DNA of 64,000 nucleotides from Sulfolobales archaeon HS-7 (GCA_019704295.1 AP024596.1:1920001-1984000), one strand, 5' to 3'. Counted from the stretch's first letter, positions 12,641 through 25,639 are shown. Notes: generated by a model from the sequence alone, not told the origin. Numbers and translations are program-made.

Positions 12641-13074
12641 TGGTGCATCATAAGCACCTTGTAGGCATAACTCAAAATTTGTTTATAAGCTTTACTATAC
12701 CAACTTATCGCCAAAAACCATAACATGAAAGAGGCACAGTGACGCAAGGCCTCTACTGACAATAGGGAGGTTGTTTTTTAGAGTTTAGCTCCAGGCTATC
12801 AGCCTTAATACGTAGTCTTAAAAAAGACGCAAAGGACAGTTTCCATGAGTTTTGAATTAGAAGTTTCCTCATATCTTAATAAAATTTGGGAAAAGTGCTA
12901 AGATGAGAGACTATTAATAAAGATTTTTATAATTATTACTTACTTAAGTATAATTGTAAGTAGTTCAAGGGAGTTTACAGTGATTACTATTATAAACCCA
13001 TTCTTTTAAACTAGAAAATAAGGCATTTTCCTTGTCCGTGCAGAAAAACGTATTAGTACATCCCCATTGGGCAT

Positions 13075-13347
13075 TCACATAGTATAAAAATCGTCAAATT
13101 CCCCCATATATTGATCGAGTTCAAAATCTACCTTCTCCACCTGCGCGGTTATAGGTCCTTGCTTTAAATATTCTAACAATTTAGTTAAGGCTTCCTCATG
13201 ACCTTCTGCAATAACTTCCACTGAACCGTCATCTAAGTTTTTAGCGTATCCCGTTAATCCTAATACCTTTGCCCTAGTATATACAAAATGCCTAAATCCT
13301 ACACCTTGGACATTACCATAAACCTTAGCCTTAAGCCTCCTTAACAT
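13075..13347 (-). CDS. acyP: Acylphosphatase
   Basis: VQGVGFR and [13 protein letters not shown] motifs. Confidence 0.95.
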   Translation of the reverse strand: MLRRLKAKVYGNVQGVGFRHFVYTRAKVLGLTGYAKNLDDGSVEVIAEGHEEALTKLLEYLKQGPITAQVEKVDFELDQYMGEFDDFYTM

Positions 13348-13356
13348 AGTGATCGT

Positions 13357-13409
13357 ACCTCAGAGTCGCTCCACTTCATCACTTATCAGACACCTCACCT
13401 CATCACAAT
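13357..13409 (-). ncRNA. Box C/D methylation-guide sRNA
   Basis: Minus strand: GTGATGA (C)-GGTGAGGTGT-CTGA (D')-TAA-GTGATGA (C')-AGTGGAGCGACT-CTGA (D); four consensus boxes with canonical spacing. Confidence 0.9.
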
Positions 13410-13440
13410 TTTTTAATATAGTGAAGGGTTTTAAGTATTG

Positions 13441-14529
13441 ATGATTAGAATAGCTATTGCAGGACTTGGTAACTGCGCCTCGATGCTAATTCAGGGGATA
13501 GAATATTATCGTCAACACGGAGAGGACTATTATGATGGTCTAATAACTCCGGTTATAGGTAGTTACAGAGTTACTGATATAGAGGTAGTTGCGGCTTTCG
13601 ATGTATCAAACAATAAAATAGGGAAAGACATATCTGAGGCAATATTTGAAAAACCCAACATAACCAGAAAAATAGTTGAACTAGAAAAGAAGGGAATCAC
13701 AGTATCTCCAGGCCCTGTCATGGACGGCGTGGCCCCACATATGAAAGATATTTTCAACCCAATAGAGTTAGCAACCCGTGATGACGTAATAGAAGAACTG
13801 AAAAAAAGCAAAGCTGAAATATTAGTAAATTTGCTTCCAGTTGGAAGTGAGAAAGCATCTAGAGAATACGCATACGCAGCAGCGCATGCAGGTGTAGCTT
13901 TCATCAATTCAATTCCAGTATTTATTGCTAGCGACCCGTCAGGCGAATTTCCCGTACTATTTAAACAGAAGAATCTGCCGCTAGTAGGGGACGATATAAA
14001 GGGGCAAATCGGGGCTACAATATTTCACAGGAGTATAACCTCGTTATTCAGAATGAGGGGGGTATCTATCGAGGAAACATATCAACTTAATGTGGGTGGC
14101 AATACGGACTTTTTGAATATGAAAACGGAATCAAGACTGTCTTCGAAAAGGGTAAGTAAAACTAAGGCAGTAACAAGTACCCTGAATAATCCAGAGGTAA
14201 TCGAAAACGAAGGTCGTGTAAGAATAGGACCGAGTGACTTCGTACCTTCATTAGGCAACACGAAAATAGCCTATATATATGTAAAGGGGACCGGATTCTG
14301 CGGGGCACCTATAAAGGTAGAAGCGTCACTCGAGGTTGATGATAAATCTAATTGTGCAGCTGTATTAGTTGATGTAATAAGGGCTACAAGGTTAGCATTA
14401 GATAAAAGGATTGGTGGAGCAATAAAAGAAATCTCGGCTTTTTACTTTAAGCATCCCCCTTTTCAGGCAAAAGATGACGATGAAGCGTATGAATGGTTCC
14501 ACAACTTCATCAATATGCGTAATATGTGA
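13441..14529 (+). CDS. ino1: myo-Inositol-1-phosphate synthase
   Basis: [40 protein letters not shown]. Confidence 0.95.
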   Translation: MIRIAIAGLGNCASMLIQGIEYYRQHGEDYYDGLITPVIGSYRVTDIEVVAAFDVSNNKIGKDISEAIFEKPNITRKIVELEKKGITVSPGPVMDGVAPHMKDIFNPIELATRDDVIEELKKSKAEILVNLLPVGSEKASREYAYAAAHAGVAFINSIPVFIASDPSGEFPVLFKQKNLPLVGDDIKGQIGATIFHRSITSLFRMRGVSIEETYQLNVGGNTDFLNMKTESRLSSKRVSKTKAVTSTLNNPEVIENEGRVRIGPSDFVPSLGNTKIAYIYVKGTGFCGAPIKVEASLEVDDKSNCAAVLVDVIRATRLALDKRIGGAIKEISAFYFKHPPFQAKDDDEAYEWFHNFINMRNM

Positions 14530-14776
14530 CGAGTTACCGGCCAGAAAGTTATGTGTATTGTGTGGTAGGGAAGTGTGCGAGAGACACTTTAATGAGGATA
14601 AAAAAATATGTGCAATTTGCAGTATTTCTCTATGTCAAATTTGTGAAAAACATCTTTCAATATCCTATTGTAATAACTGTAAAAGATTGATCTGCGACTT
14701 GTGCACGGCGAAAAACAACGGAGCTTCTCGTATATGCAAGGAATGCGTTACACTCTACGAATCTTCTCAAGCATGA
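14474..14776 (+). CDS. Small multi-zinc-finger (B-box-like) protein
   Basis: Repeated CxxC/CxxH motifs; overlaps the 3' end of ino1; start may be 14492. Confidence 0.75.
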   Translation: MTMKRMNGSTTSSICVICDELPARKLCVLCGREVCERHFNEDKKICAICSISLCQICEKHLSISYCNNCKRLICDLCTAKNNGASRICKECVTLYESSQA

Positions 14777-17084
14777 TTTTTCTCTCAATACTCTCTACTA
14801 ATCTCCTAGTATATGCCACTGTGTCGGGATTTACGCTTATGCTATCTATGCCTTCTCTCACGAGGAATTCGGCAACTTCTGGATACACGCTAGGTGCTTG
14901 ACCGCATATTGATACGGTCTTGCCGTACTTATGCGCTGTTCTAATTAGCCTCTTCATTGAGAGCAGTACTGCTGGATCTCTCTCATCATAATATCCCATT
15001 CGTGCCAGGATTTCTGAATCCCTATCTACTCCAAGAGTAAGTTGAGCTAGATCGTTGCTGCCTATACTAAAACCATCTACAAGTCTAGCAAACTTGTCGG
15101 CTAATATTATTGCAGAGGGGACTTCGGCCATAATCCATACCTTGAACTCAACCCCTCTTTTTAGCCCCATTTCTTCAATTATAGCTAAAACTCTTTTTAC
15201 CTCCCATGTGGTCCTAACGAACGGTAACATTACCCAAACGTTCTTTAAACCCATTTCGTCTCTTACTTTCTTCACCGCCTCAACCTCTAATCTAAACGCC
15301 TTCTCGTATTGAGTGCTAATGTACCTTGATACTCCTCTCCACCCAATCATAGGGTTTCTTTCCTCTATCTCGAATTCCTCTCCTCCTATTAACCTCCTAT
15401 ACTCATTAGTTTTGAAATCTGAGAACCTTACTACAACCGGCCTTGGATAAATTGCAGACGCAACTAAGCTTATTCCCTCAGCTAACTTTTCTACAACAAT
15501 ATCTGGTTTACCGATCTTGATTAGATATAGTGGATGATACTTCACCCACTCACTAAAGATAAATTCTATTCTCATCAAACCTATTCCGTCAAAGGGAAGT
15601 GAGATGTACTTATTAATCACGTCAGGTTGCCCTAAATTCATGTATATCTTAGTCCCCGTAATAGGATAGTAAGTTACTTGTTCGGAAACATACTGTTTCG
15701 ATTCTTCAATTCTTATAGATTCTTCAAACTCTACGCGACCTCTGTATACGACACCGCGAGTGGCATCTACCGTAATTTCCTCCCCTTCTTTTATTTTTTG
15801 TGTTGCGTCCCTAGTCCCCACAACCGCAGGTATACCAAGTTCTCTGGATACTATAGCAGCATGACTTGTAATCCCTCCTTCATCAGTTACTATAGCTCCT
15901 GCTATTCTCATTACAGGTACCCAGTCTGGGTCCGTCATCTTAGTTATCAGTATGTCTCCCTTTTTGAAATCCTTGGCATCAGATACCGACAGGATTACTC
16001 TAGCCCTACCAGTCGCTAGCCCTGGACTAGCAGCCAGTCCTTTTACCACTATTTCAGCAGAAGAAGCTTTTGTAGATTGCGTGCCTGATCTTTTATTGGT
16101 AGTCCAGAAGGTTTCTGGTCTTGCCTGAACTATGAATACGTTTTCAGGAAACTGAAGTTCGGAATCTATAGCCCATTCTATATCCATGGGATGACCATAA
16201 TGCTCTTCTATTTTCTTTGCCATCTTAGCCAGCTCTATTGCCTCTTCATTTGATATACTCATTTCCTTTGCCTCTTCTCCAATTAGTGGAACTTCCTCAT
16301 TGCTTCCAGAATTCCTATTGTAAATCACCTTTAGCAATTTCTCTGAGGTTTTCTTCTCAACTATTTTTAACGAATCCTTATCAATAACTACCTCATCAGG
16401 AGTTACTTTTCCTCCAACCACTGATTCTCCGAGTCCCCAGTTCGATTCTATCACAATGAACTTTGTGTCCCCCGTAGCAGGATGTAAAGTGAACATCACG
16501 CCTGCGCTTTTTGCATTTACCATTTTTTGAACTACAACTGCTATCCCTATATTGGACGAATCTATGTTCTTCATCTTCCTGTAGGCTATTGCCCTTTCGT
16601 TATATAAACTGGCCCAAACCAATTTCACCTTATCGAGCAGTTCGCTTTCTCTTACATTAAGATAAGTATCTTGCTGACCAGCAAAACTGGCTTCTCCTAT
16701 ATCTTCTGCAGTGGCAGACGATCTTACCGCAACTAATACCCCAGAACTACCTATCTTTTGCTTTAACTCATTAAACTTACTCTGTATGGTACTGATAACT
16801 TCTTGAGGAATTTCAGAATTGATAATTAATTGCTTAATGATCATTGAAGCCTCCTTCTCATCCTTATTTGATAGAATTTGCTGTATTTTTTCGGCAATTT
16901 TATTATAATGAAGAAAATAATGAAAGGCTTTTACTGAAATCACAAAACCCGGAGGAACTTTGACTCCAAAAGACACTAATTCTCCAAGGTTTGCCCCTTT
17001 TCCACCGGCTATATCTATCATTTCTTTTTTAATATCTTCAAATGGGAGAACAAATTCCTCTTGCTTCTCAATAAGTGATACCAT
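14748..17084 (-). CDS. ppsA: Phosphoenolpyruvate synthase
   Basis: [40 protein letters not shown]. Confidence 0.97.
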   Translation of the reverse strand: MVSLIEKQEEFVLPFEDIKKEMIDIAGGKGANLGELVSFGVKVPPGFVISVKAFHYFLHYNKIAEKIQQILSNKDEKEASMIIKQLIINSEIPQEVISTIQSKFNELKQKIGSSGVLVAVRSSATAEDIGEASFAGQQDTYLNVRESELLDKVKLVWASLYNERAIAYRKMKNIDSSNIGIAVVVQKMVNAKSAGVMFTLHPATGDTKFIVIESNWGLGESVVGGKVTPDEVVIDKDSLKIVEKKTSEKLLKVIYNRNSGSNEEVPLIGEEAKEMSISNEEAIELAKMAKKIEEHYGHPMDIEWAIDSELQFPENVFIVQARPETFWTTNKRSGTQSTKASSAEIVVKGLAASPGLATGRARVILSVSDAKDFKKGDILITKMTDPDWVPVMRIAGAIVTDEGGITSHAAIVSRELGIPAVVGTRDATQKIKEGEEITVDATRGVVYRGRVEFEESIRIEESKQYVSEQVTYYPITGTKIYMNLGQPDVINKYISLPFDGIGLMRIEFIFSEWVKYHPLYLIKIGKPDIVVEKLAEGISLVASAIYPRPVVVRFSDFKTNEYRRLIGGEEFEIEERNPMIGWRGVSRYISTQYEKAFRLEVEAVKKVRDEMGLKNVWVMLPFVRTTWEVKRVLAIIEEMGLKRGVEFKVWIMAEVPSAIILADKFARLVDGFSIGSNDLAQLTLGVDRDSEILARMGYYDERDPAVLLSMKRLIRTAHKYGKTVSICGQAPSVYPEVAEFLVREGIDSISVNPDTVAYTRRLVESIERKIMLEKIRRV

Positions 17085-17177
17085 AATATTCGCAATGGGA
17101 TATGTGAAACACTTAACTAAAAAACTTTATGATCTATTGAATATAATTACAAATTATAATTATGGATTATAGGTAAT

Positions 17178-17828
17178 CTATTTTGAGGGGCTCTGTTGAG
17201 TTGTAGTAGCGTAGGATGGTAAGTCGGGGAACTTCTCTTTCATTCTCTGTTCAGCGACAATCGATGCCTCATTAAGTATCTTCTTAGCTTCAGGAGATGC
17301 ACCAACGTACTCCAATGCTCCTCCAGTGAATTCTCCAGCTTCGAGTACTGCTCCCTGAATGGACTCCTCTAGTTCCTCTAGTTCAAGTCCTATCTCTGGC
17401 ATGATACCCCTCATCATGCTTCTTAGCTCCTTAACCACGCCTATTACAGGTACCAGATTCGTAAATACGTCACCAATAGTCGTAAATGTCTCTAGCCTCA
17501 ATTGAACCTGCTCTAGTGCTATCTGAGTGGCTATTAGTTGTCTTACTATCTTCCTGATCTCGGCAACTTCATTAGCATACATGTTCGCCCTAGGCTGATC
17601 TTTAGACATATATGCTTCAACAACTCTTTCGAATAATACTTTGTCTCTCTCCTGCATTTTTGCTACGTATACCTCGAGCCTGTTTAACATAGACCTTAGC
17701 TTATAATCTGCCATGGCCAGTCTGTAGCGTAACGGTTCGTGAGATTTGAAAGCTCCCTTTATCCTCTCACCTATTGTGGGTTCTTCCTTTCCATTCCAAC
17801 CCTTCACGAAATCATTCATATTTGCCAT
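17178..17828 (-). CDS. cdvB2: ESCRT-III paralog, CdvB1/B2 family (CdvB2 by recalled synteny with ppsA)
   Basis: Snf7-like core ([14 protein letters not shown]), C-terminal FPDLP MIM2-like motif, no wHTH tail. Confidence 0.85.
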   Translation of the reverse strand: MANMNDFVKGWNGKEEPTIGERIKGAFKSHEPLRYRLAMADYKLRSMLNRLEVYVAKMQERDKVLFERVVEAYMSKDQPRANMYANEVAEIRKIVRQLIATQIALEQVQLRLETFTTIGDVFTNLVPVIGVVKELRSMMRGIMPEIGLELEELEESIQGAVLEAGEFTGGALEYVGASPEAKKILNEASIVAEQRMKEKFPDLPSYATTTQQSPSK

Positions 17829-17892
17829 GAGTTATCTAAAAATAGTATTGTAGGGCGAGTATTTATTAAAGGTTTGACATGATATTACCATA

Positions 17893-18171
17893 ATGCATTT
17901 AGCGATACGGAAAATTAACGAAAAGCTCGAAATAAATAACGTCTCTAATGAGAACATTACTATTTTATCTGCTATAATAAAATATTCTACTGTATCAGAA
18001 TCTCCGACCCGTGATATTTCAAGAAGATACATCACAAGCACCTTAGATCTAAATAAAAATGTAAGGCCGGGAGAAAAAATAGAAATTAATGTTTTAGATA
18101 TACCGATCTCCGAGATATCAGTCGTTATAGGTTCCGGACTTAAGATAGTTAGGGAGACTTATACTGTTTAA
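17893..18171 (+). CDS. Hypothetical protein, beta-rich
   Basis: 92-aa ORF divergent from cdvB2 with protein-like composition. Confidence 0.6.
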   Translation: MHLAIRKINEKLEINNVSNENITILSAIIKYSTVSESPTRDISRRYITSTLDLNKNVRPGEKIEINVLDIPISEISVVIGSGLKIVRETYTV

Positions 18172-19591
18172 AAAGATGTTTATACTTTTCCACTTTTTTT
18201 GATATCTCGTCATCAGGCGCCACCTCTTCCGGCCATTCATGACCCACTTCTTCTTTAGTCTTCCTAGTAGCGTCTATTCCTAACCGGCTTCCTACTAACG
18301 GTCTTTCTGTAGTATGATCTAAAGAGTCAGCAGTGATATTATCGATAATTACAACATCCCTTTTCGGATCAACAGTAGTAGACAATGCGTAAATCACGTG
18401 ATTAAAGTCGTGAACATTAACGTCCTTATCTACGATAATCATGATCTTCAACAAACTGAGTTGTCCTACTCCCCATAGACTTAACATAGCCTTTTTACCC
18501 TGGCCCGGAAAAACTTTGTTGATGGAAAAGATACCCACTCCTGTAAATAGACCGTGTATTGGTAAGTTCATATCGACAAGTTCTGGTACTATCATTTTCA
18601 GAAACGGAAGGAATATTCTTTCTACTCCTTTTCCTATCCACGCATCTTCTAACGGCGGTTTCCCAACTGAAGTAGCGTGAAATATAGGTTCCTCTCTTGT
18701 GTAGAACTTTTCAGCTTTAAATACAGGGTAATAATCTGCTGGAGTATAATATCCTAGGTGATCCCCGAACGGGCCTTCAAGCCTAGTATCGTTCATGTCT
18801 ACGTAACCTTCTATTACTGATTCCGCAGTTGCTGGAACTCTAAGTCCATTCGTAAGTCGGAATAGTCTAACTCCCTCATTTCTCAAAATTCCCGCAAATA
18901 AGTACTTATCGATTCCTGGCGGGACGGGCGAGGCTGCAACAAAAGCAATTACTGGATCGACCCCATTCACAATAGCAGCAGGTATCTCCTTTATTCTCCT
19001 TTCCAAGTATCTTTGGGCAGTTATTCTACCTCTTTTAAGGGCCTGCCAATGTACAATCACCTCTTTATCCCCGACGATCTGCATCCTATATACACTTACG
19101 TTATGAACATTCGCGTCTGGATCCTGTGTAACAAGTAGTGAGAATGTGAAAAAAGTTCCTGCGTCCTTTGGCCACGTCCTCAATGCTGGGAAAGATTTAA
19201 TACTAAACTCCTTTCTCTCCTGAAATTGCGCCCTCGAGTTCTTAGGTAGGATCTTCCCTAAACCGATCATAGTACCCATGCTCTTAAGTTTGCTTTGTAA
19301 GGTATAGGGGGTTGATGAAATTGATGAAAAGAAGTTACTAGCTATTCCCTCCAAATCCCTCGTTCCGAGAATATTATAAATAGCCTCTACGGAGTTAAAC
19401 AAGTTAGTTACCATTTTCCATTCTGGATAATCCCTTATTTTAGTGAAGAGGAGTGTAGGAGCATTTAAATATGTCGCATTTCTGGAGATCTCTGCTATCT
19501 CTAAGTTTACACTTACCTCATCATTTATCGTTATTAAGTTGTTTCTCTCCCTAAGATAGGCTAAATACTCTCTAAGATCCTTAAATGTCAT
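18149..19591 (-). CDS. ubiD: UbiD-family prFMN decarboxylase
   Basis: [23 protein letters not shown] motifs. Confidence 0.93.
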   Translation of the reverse strand: MTFKDLREYLAYLRERNNLITINDEVSVNLEIAEISRNATYLNAPTLLFTKIRDYPEWKMVTNLFNSVEAIYNILGTRDLEGIASNFFSSISSTPYTLQSKLKSMGTMIGLGKILPKNSRAQFQERKEFSIKSFPALRTWPKDAGTFFTFSLLVTQDPDANVHNVSVYRMQIVGDKEVIVHWQALKRGRITAQRYLERRIKEIPAAIVNGVDPVIAFVAASPVPPGIDKYLFAGILRNEGVRLFRLTNGLRVPATAESVIEGYVDMNDTRLEGPFGDHLGYYTPADYYPVFKAEKFYTREEPIFHATSVGKPPLEDAWIGKGVERIFLPFLKMIVPELVDMNLPIHGLFTGVGIFSINKVFPGQGKKAMLSLWGVGQLSLLKIMIIVDKDVNVHDFNHVIYALSTTVDPKRDVVIIDNITADSLDHTTERPLVGSRLGIDATRKTKEEVGHEWPEEVAPDDEISKKVEKYKHLFKQYKSP

Positions 19592-19685
19592 ACTTTTTGA
19601 TATCGAGTTGCGGTAATAAAATGTAGGATTAAAATAATATGCGTGGTTCCCACGGGGATGCGGTTCACATAATTGCCTTAGAGGT

Positions 19686-19850
19686 ATAGCAGTGAGTCTC
19701 CCTAAGTGAGCTACTCCCTCCTGAAGGAGGAAGCTTCCTGCTTCATAACTCTACCTTGCCAGTACTGAAGTACTGGTAGAGGGCGGAGTTCCACAGGCAC
19801 TAAGGGTGGCTCCCACCCCGACCTACGCAAGATATTTAGAGAAGCATTAT
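19686..19850 (-). ncRNA. Predicted TnpB omegaRNA (reRNA) with guide TTAGGGAGACTCACTGCTAT
   Basis: Established TnpB architecture: the scaffold overlaps the 3' end of tnpB and the right end, and the guide is the flank after TCAC; 5' boundary is approximate. Confidence 0.6.
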
Positions 19851-21044
19851 AGTCACGGTCAGTTACCCAACCGCATTTAGGACAAGTAAAGATACGGTCG
19901 TTTAAAGTTAGATCTTCCTTCACATATCCACATCTAGCACACGTTTTTGACGTGTTTAACGGGTTAACTAACAAAAATTTCTTTCCATACTTCTCTATCT
20001 GATATTTGATTATATCCCTTAGCTCACCAAACGATACATCATGTAACCTCATCCTCAGCTTCCTCAAGGACTTACCAACCAGCTGCTTAACGTTAATATC
20101 CTCCATTACCACAACATCGTAATTCATCGATAGGTACTTCCCTATCTTCATGTACACATCTTTCCTCAAATTAGCAAGATGTTCATATGCTTTAGCTAAC
20201 TTTGCCTTGGCTTTAAACCAATTCTTGGAGAGGAACTTCTTCCTAGACAATTCCTTGTGCAAATGCTTGATCTTACGGAGTGCTTTCTCGTAGAACTTGA
20301 AGTTGGGTAAATACTCACCATCTGAATTTGTTAGAAGCTTCTCAAGACCAACATCTATTACCACTACATCGTTAGTCTTCGGAGCTTGCTGGAACACATG
20401 GTCTTCCACTACAAATGATATGTATACTCTTTCAGACTTCGTTAGCTTAACTATCACTCTCTTTATCTTGTCCAACGTAAAGTCTCTATGGACAATGACC
20501 TTGAAGATGCCTAAGTGAGACAAACGTAGTACAAGCAGTTTCTTTTTACTCTTTCTACTTCCAATCCTTATTTCTCTGACGGATAGTATCTTCCAACCAC
20601 TTTGAGGATAGACAAGAGAATACCACTTGTGAACTTTCTTTTCCTTAGGAAAACGTGGTAATCCTTCGAAGAACCTCTGTCTTGCTTCATTAAAACGATT
20701 TGCTATTTCTTGTACCACTTGTGAATGGAGTTGTTTGTACTCCTTGTCTTGCTTTCTCAAGTCCAGAGCTAACTGTCTTAACTCCGTTTGTGTTAGACCT
20801 TTTCTATCTCTTTGGTAGAAGTAAATGTCTGCCCATCGTAACGTGTTGTACATCTCACATGTTAACTTGAAATGGGCTTTTAACACCCTCAAGGTTTGCT
20901 CGTCTGTAAAGGCACGAAAACTAAACGTTACGATGAACATTAAAAAAGTTAACATTTTATATTTAAAAACTTAACTACCAAGGGGACTATCCATCTCCAC
21001 CTTAAAAGCTGAAGTTTTCTGTCCCCTTTGAACCCCTTATTTTT
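19706..21044 (-). mobile_element. tnpB-only (IS1341-type) IS200/IS605-family element, no tnpA
   Basis: Left-end hairpin AAGGGGAC...GTCCCCTT at about 20979-21028, preceded on the minus strand by TTTAT; right end CTTCCTCCTTCAGGAGGGAG-TAGC-TCAC ending at 19706. Confidence 0.85.
19711..20955 (-). CDS. tnpB: TnpB RNA-guided endonuclease
   Basis: RuvC I (IDVG), RuvC II (MEDI), Zn finger CARC/CPKC, RuvC III (DRDYNAS); all three catalytic residues present. Confidence 0.96.
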   Translation of the reverse strand: MLTFLMFIVTFSFRAFTDEQTLRVLKAHFKLTCEMYNTLRWADIYFYQRDRKGLTQTELRQLALDLRKQDKEYKQLHSQVVQEIANRFNEARQRFFEGLPRFPKEKKVHKWYSLVYPQSGWKILSVREIRIGSRKSKKKLLVLRLSHLGIFKVIVHRDFTLDKIKRVIVKLTKSERVYISFVVEDHVFQQAPKTNDVVVIDVGLEKLLTNSDGEYLPNFKFYEKALRKIKHLHKELSRKKFLSKNWFKAKAKLAKAYEHLANLRKDVYMKIGKYLSMNYDVVVMEDINVKQLVGKSLRKLRMRLHDVSFGELRDIIKYQIEKYGKKFLLVNPLNTSKTCARCGYVKEDLTLNDRIFTCPKCGWVTDRDYNASLNILRRSGWEPPLVPVELRPLPVLQYWQGRVMKQEASSFRRE

Positions 21045-21511
21045 ATAAAATGGGTCACAGTTTTGTGGGCTACCCTTCTTGGAAATATTTCCTTATAATC
21101 CATTTATAGGGAAATATAACCCTTCCGTCATATTAAGCAAACCGATATTATGCAGTAAAGACTACAATTTCGCTCTATATTAAAGAACGTTAGGATTGAA
21201 TACATGTTCTATGTTCAATAAAAATAATCTATACTTATTCAAATATATATAATCAAGCTTACTTTTGAATTAAAAAGTCATATCGTGTAACTAATGGATT
21301 AGCTTAGCAGAAGGGTGAACATTTCATGAGATAAAAAGGCTCTAGGTGTAAGATATTTCACTAGAGCATACTTATCTTAAAGACAGGATAAATTATACCG
21401 GTTTGGAATATATCAAGTTATAGCTATATGTCGACGCACTTATACTAGGAAACAGTCGCAAAATTCGTGCTATGAACAGAGTGTTAAGGATGAAAGAAAG
21501 GTGAGATTCTC

Positions 21512-22768
21512 TTGAGTATAGAGGTTATAAAAATTGGAGGCTCTGTACTGAGTAGGCCAAAAGATTATGAGTTAATAATAGATAAAATAAAGCAAGAACT
21601 TGCTAATAACGAAAGGTTAGTACTAGTGGTTTCCGCAACTAAGAACACGACGGATGATCTAATAAGGGCTTTATACGATAGGAAAAACGCTTCTCATCTA
21701 GTTAACTTGATTTATAAACGAACATTAGAACTTTTGTCAAAAGTAAGCACTGGAGACGTTTTCGAGAAAGCGTTTTCAGAGGTTTCTGAATTAGCTACTC
21801 AAATGGAAAGGATTGCATGGTCGTTAGCTGTATTAGATACGATAACACCGCGAATATCCGATTATTTTCTTTCATTCGGTGAAAGGATTTCGTCTGTAAT
21901 AATGTGGTCAGCCTTAAAGAGCGCTGGGTTGAGAGTCGCTAAAGTTCGTGATGTGCCCCTAATTACTGATAAAAACTATGGAAATGCGAGTATCAATGAG
22001 GAATCTTCTGCAAAAAAACTAAGGCAGTTAGTTACTATGGATGATAAAGTTATGATAGTTCCAGGCTTCATTGGTATCAGTGAAGACGGAGACTATACAA
22101 CATTAGGCAGAGGAGGTAGCGACTACTCTGCAACAATAATAGGTAAATTATTAGGAGTAAAAACAATCAAAATGATTACTGACGTTCCTGGATTACTTTC
22201 TGGCGATCCGAGGATTTTCAAGGACGCGCATACTATCCCGCAATTATCCTTTGAAGAAGCGGCTGCCCTATCTACATTTGGTGCGAAGAAGTTTCATCCA
22301 AAAACGTTTGATCCACTAATCGGAAGTGAGATTAACGTTAACATAGAGGGGTTATATGATAACGCGTATACGGTAGTAAACTCATCTATCCGAGATCCTC
22401 CACTTAAAGGAGTAGCCCTGACTAAAAGGCTATTCAATATCAGAGTTAATCGCTCTGACGTTACGTTAAGTAAATTAACCAGGGAGTTAAACACGATGTT
22501 TGGTAGTTTCCTTGGTTCTACAGTTAATGTAATAACAGATGAATTAAAGGGGGTTGAAAACCCAAGCAACGTAATAGGCGTTGCAGTAGTTGGTTACGGT
22601 ATTTCCAAAAAAAGAATATACTCAGAAATAATTAAAATTGCGTCTGACTACGAGTTATTCTCAATAGTTCGCAATTCCGATTTTATATCAACTTTTATAA
22701 TCCCTGAAAAAGAAGCGTTTGACTTCGCCTTACAAATTCACGATAAGGTGATATCTTGGATAAGATAA
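21512..22768 (+). CDS. lysC: Aspartate kinase
   Basis: [31 protein letters not shown]. Confidence 0.93.
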   Translation: MSIEVIKIGGSVLSRPKDYELIIDKIKQELANNERLVLVVSATKNTTDDLIRALYDRKNASHLVNLIYKRTLELLSKVSTGDVFEKAFSEVSELATQMERIAWSLAVLDTITPRISDYFLSFGERISSVIMWSALKSAGLRVAKVRDVPLITDKNYGNASINEESSAKKLRQLVTMDDKVMIVPGFIGISEDGDYTTLGRGGSDYSATIIGKLLGVKTIKMITDVPGLLSGDPRIFKDAHTIPQLSFEEAAALSTFGAKKFHPKTFDPLIGSEINVNIEGLYDNAYTVVNSSIRDPPLKGVALTKRLFNIRVNRSDVTLSKLTRELNTMFGSFLGSTVNVITDELKGVENPSNVIGVAVVGYGISKKRIYSEIIKIASDYELFSIVRNSDFISTFIIPEKEAFDFALQIHDKVISWIR

Positions 22769-23796
22769 GAGTCAGCATCTTGGGTTCTACAGGAATAGTG
22801 GGCCAAATAATGATCAAGTTACTAAATAACCATCCTCTTATAGAGGTAGTTAGAGTAAGCGCCTCGCATTCAAAGATAGGCTTAAGGTATACTGATGCTG
22901 TTCGTTGGATAGCCGGGGGAAAAATTCCGGAATACGCGGCGAACATGAGGTTAGTATCGACAGATCCTGAAGAACATGAGGACGTCGATCTAGTTTTATC
23001 CGCTCTACCCAATGAGATAGCGGAAGATGTAGAAGTTAAGTTGGTAAGAAGAGGGGCTACAGTGATCTCTAACGCATCTCCCCTTAGAATTGAAAGTGAT
23101 ATACCGTTAATTAACCCTGAAGTTAATTGGAAGCATCTTGATGCGGTGAAAATACAGAAAGAGACCAGAAGATGGAAAGGTATTTTGGTAAAGAATCCAA
23201 ATTGTACATCCGCCATTGTCTCACTTGTCTTAAAACCCCTAACATCGCTAGGGCTGAAGGAAATTTACCTCACCACATTACAATCCGTAAGCGGTGCAGG
23301 CTACAAAGGCTTACCGTTTATGGCTATAGATGGGAATATAATACCATATATAAAAGGAGAGGAGGAGAAGATAGTTGTAGAAACTAATAAGATGTTGGGT
23401 ACGTCATCTAATACCGGCATAGTTCCCAACAACCTCAAAGTATTTCCAACCTCTATTAGAGTACCTACGAAAATAGGTCATATGGCTATCATAAATCTCG
23501 TACTTAATGATGAATACGACAGCAAGGAAATAAAAGAGAAATTAACAAACTTCAAAGCTTTGCCCCAGGAAAAGAATTTACCTACTGCACCGGAGACACC
23601 AATAGAGGTTACAGAATTGGAGGACAGACCTCAACCTTCGCTTGATCTAGAGGAAGGGATGAAAGTGAAAGTTGGGAGAATAACCGTTAACAAAAACACG
23701 GTTAGACTAATTGCACTAGGAGACAACTTGGTGAGAGGGGCCGCTGGAATAACGATTTTAACCCTAGAAGTTATGAGAGAATTAGGATATGTTTAA
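22756..23796 (+). CDS. asd: Aspartate-semialdehyde dehydrogenase
   Basis: [28 protein letters not shown]; directly downstream of lysC. Confidence 0.92.
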   Translation: MDKIRVSILGSTGIVGQIMIKLLNNHPLIEVVRVSASHSKIGLRYTDAVRWIAGGKIPEYAANMRLVSTDPEEHEDVDLVLSALPNEIAEDVEVKLVRRGATVISNASPLRIESDIPLINPEVNWKHLDAVKIQKETRRWKGILVKNPNCTSAIVSLVLKPLTSLGLKEIYLTTLQSVSGAGYKGLPFMAIDGNIIPYIKGEEEKIVVETNKMLGTSSNTGIVPNNLKVFPTSIRVPTKIGHMAIINLVLNDEYDSKEIKEKLTNFKALPQEKNLPTAPETPIEVTELEDRPQPSLDLEEGMKVKVGRITVNKNTVRLIALGDNLVRGAAGITILTLEVMRELGYV

Positions 23797-24424
23797 TGCA
23801 GACTTTCACGTGCATACGTATTTTAGCGATGGTAAAAACTCTCCAGAGGAAATGATATCCTATGCGAAGCGTATAGGGATTGATGTAATAGCAATAACTG
23901 ATCACGATACATTTGACGGGGCTAAAAGAGTTTTAAAAGATGCGATACCAGGCATCGAGATAACGACTCAATACGGTCATGTAGTAGTACTGTGCATTAA
24001 ACCAGTACAGCTTAAGACTGTTCTACCAGAATTAATTGATAGTGTGGAAGAGAATAATTGCGTTGCTTTTCCATCCCATCCGTTTGATCCCTTAAGGAGT
24101 GGTATAGGAGACTTGGTGTTCGAATATCGTTTTCACGCTATAGAAGTTTACAACGCCAAAGCTCCAAGAAGTTCCAATAAAAAGGCTTTGGCGGCTGCAA
24201 AGAAATTAGGACTTCCCGGTTTGGCAAACAGTGATAGTCATGTTAAGTACGCTATAGGAGCCGGCAGGAACGTAATAGACATAAACGAGTTTGATGTTGA
24301 GGAGATTTTAGAGTTTATAAGGAAGGGTAAAACGATCCCAGTATCCAAAGGGCTAACAGTTAAAGCTAAGTTTGAAATAGCCAAATGGTATATAGAGAGG
24401 AAGTTTGCGAAGCATACCCGCTGA
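23789..24424 (+). CDS. PHP-family phosphoesterase
   Basis: [26 protein letters not shown]. Confidence 0.92.
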   Translation: MFNADFHVHTYFSDGKNSPEEMISYAKRIGIDVIAITDHDTFDGAKRVLKDAIPGIEITTQYGHVVVLCIKPVQLKTVLPELIDSVEENNCVAFPSHPFDPLRSGIGDLVFEYRFHAIEVYNAKAPRSSNKKALAAAKKLGLPGLANSDSHVKYAIGAGRNVIDINEFDVEEILEFIRKGKTIPVSKGLTVKAKFEIAKWYIERKFAKHTR

Positions 24425-25628
24425 ACTTTGTGTAAGATGCAAAGGTCACAAGCTTTTATGCGGATTGCTTACATGTCCTTTAACGGAAAGATTTAGGGCT
24501 ACAATAAATATATCCGCAAGGATTAGAAAGTTTAATAATCAGTTTTCAGTTAATGGTTCAACGCCTCCCAGTGTATTAGTTGGAGAAAAATTCTACCCTA
24601 AAATTAACGTCATGTTGAACGTTCCTCCTGAAGTTTACGGTGATGAGGCAAGGAAATATGAAGATCCTATAGGATGGTGGGGAAAGGCTTCCCTTAACGA
24701 CATTATTCGTTACAGATCCTCGATGCTCTATTTGTCGAACAGAGTCGACGTTAAAGACCCTTGGAAATTATATGAAAAGGAAATATCTCCGTCGGCGATT
24801 TCACATACACCTGTATCAACTGAGGCTAAAATTGAACAGAGTATAATACCGACCCTCCGCTTTGATGGTGTTATCTATCCTCGGGGTCCAACAGTTAAAG
24901 CCAATAACGTGAGGATAACGGACGACCCGAAAATCGACGAGGTCATGGAAAAGGTAATTTTCGATGATATAAAGGCGTCAACTGCTATCAAGGAGTTGTA
25001 TTCTAATGGGACTGCGATTTACAAGATCATTCAAGCTCTCTCACTAGGTTTACTAGGGGAAAGGAAGAATAGGAAATTAGTTCCAACTAGATGGGCAATT
25101 ACAGCAGTAGACACTACAATATCTAAGAGCATCCTTAATTCAATAAGGGAATATCAGGAATATGATAGAATTTCACTATTTTATTCTAAATATTTGGGAA
25201 ATAAATTTTTCGTAATACTATATCCATCAAAATATCAGAGTACTTGGATAGAGATATGGCATCCAATGACGCCCTGGAGCGGAGATTTAGCGATAGTTGA
25301 GCTAAAAGAGGATTATTTTGGAAAATATGAGTATATGGATGGTGGTTATATGGCAGCCCGTCTTTCCATACTAGAACATCTAAATAGCATGAAAAGGCAA
25401 GCAGGAGTTATAATTATAAGGGAGATAACAAGTGATTACTTCGCACCCGTAGGAAACTGGCATATTAGAGAAACTGTAAAAAACTTAAGTAAGATGGGTG
25501 ATTTTGAAAACTTAGAGGATACGCTAAGGTTCGTTAAAAACAGACTTACAGCTAATATAGATTTAATGTCTCTAAGAAGTATCAAAACTGTTCTCGGACA
25601 AAGAAGAATTGACTCTTATTTTTCCTAA
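24405..25628 (+). CDS. nreA: Nre-family DNA repair protein
   Basis: N-terminal CxxC..C..CP, RKLVPTRWAITAVD, C-terminal PIP box QRRIDSYF. Confidence 0.92.
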   Translation: MRSIPAELCVRCKGHKLLCGLLTCPLTERFRATINISARIRKFNNQFSVNGSTPPSVLVGEKFYPKINVMLNVPPEVYGDEARKYEDPIGWWGKASLNDIIRYRSSMLYLSNRVDVKDPWKLYEKEISPSAISHTPVSTEAKIEQSIIPTLRFDGVIYPRGPTVKANNVRITDDPKIDEVMEKVIFDDIKASTAIKELYSNGTAIYKIIQALSLGLLGERKNRKLVPTRWAITAVDTTISKSILNSIREYQEYDRISLFYSKYLGNKFFVILYPSKYQSTWIEIWHPMTPWSGDLAIVELKEDYFGKYEYMDGGYMAARLSILEHLNSMKRQAGVIIIREITSDYFAPVGNWHIRETVKNLSKMGDFENLEDTLRFVKNRLTANIDLMSLRSIKTVLGQRRIDSYFS

Positions 25629-25639
25629 ATTATGCCTGC

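Noticed and set aside
19641-19668. GGGGATGCGGTTCAC resembling a second IS200/IS605 right end on the + strand
   Set aside because: The hairpin is weak, and there is no associated left end or tnp remnant
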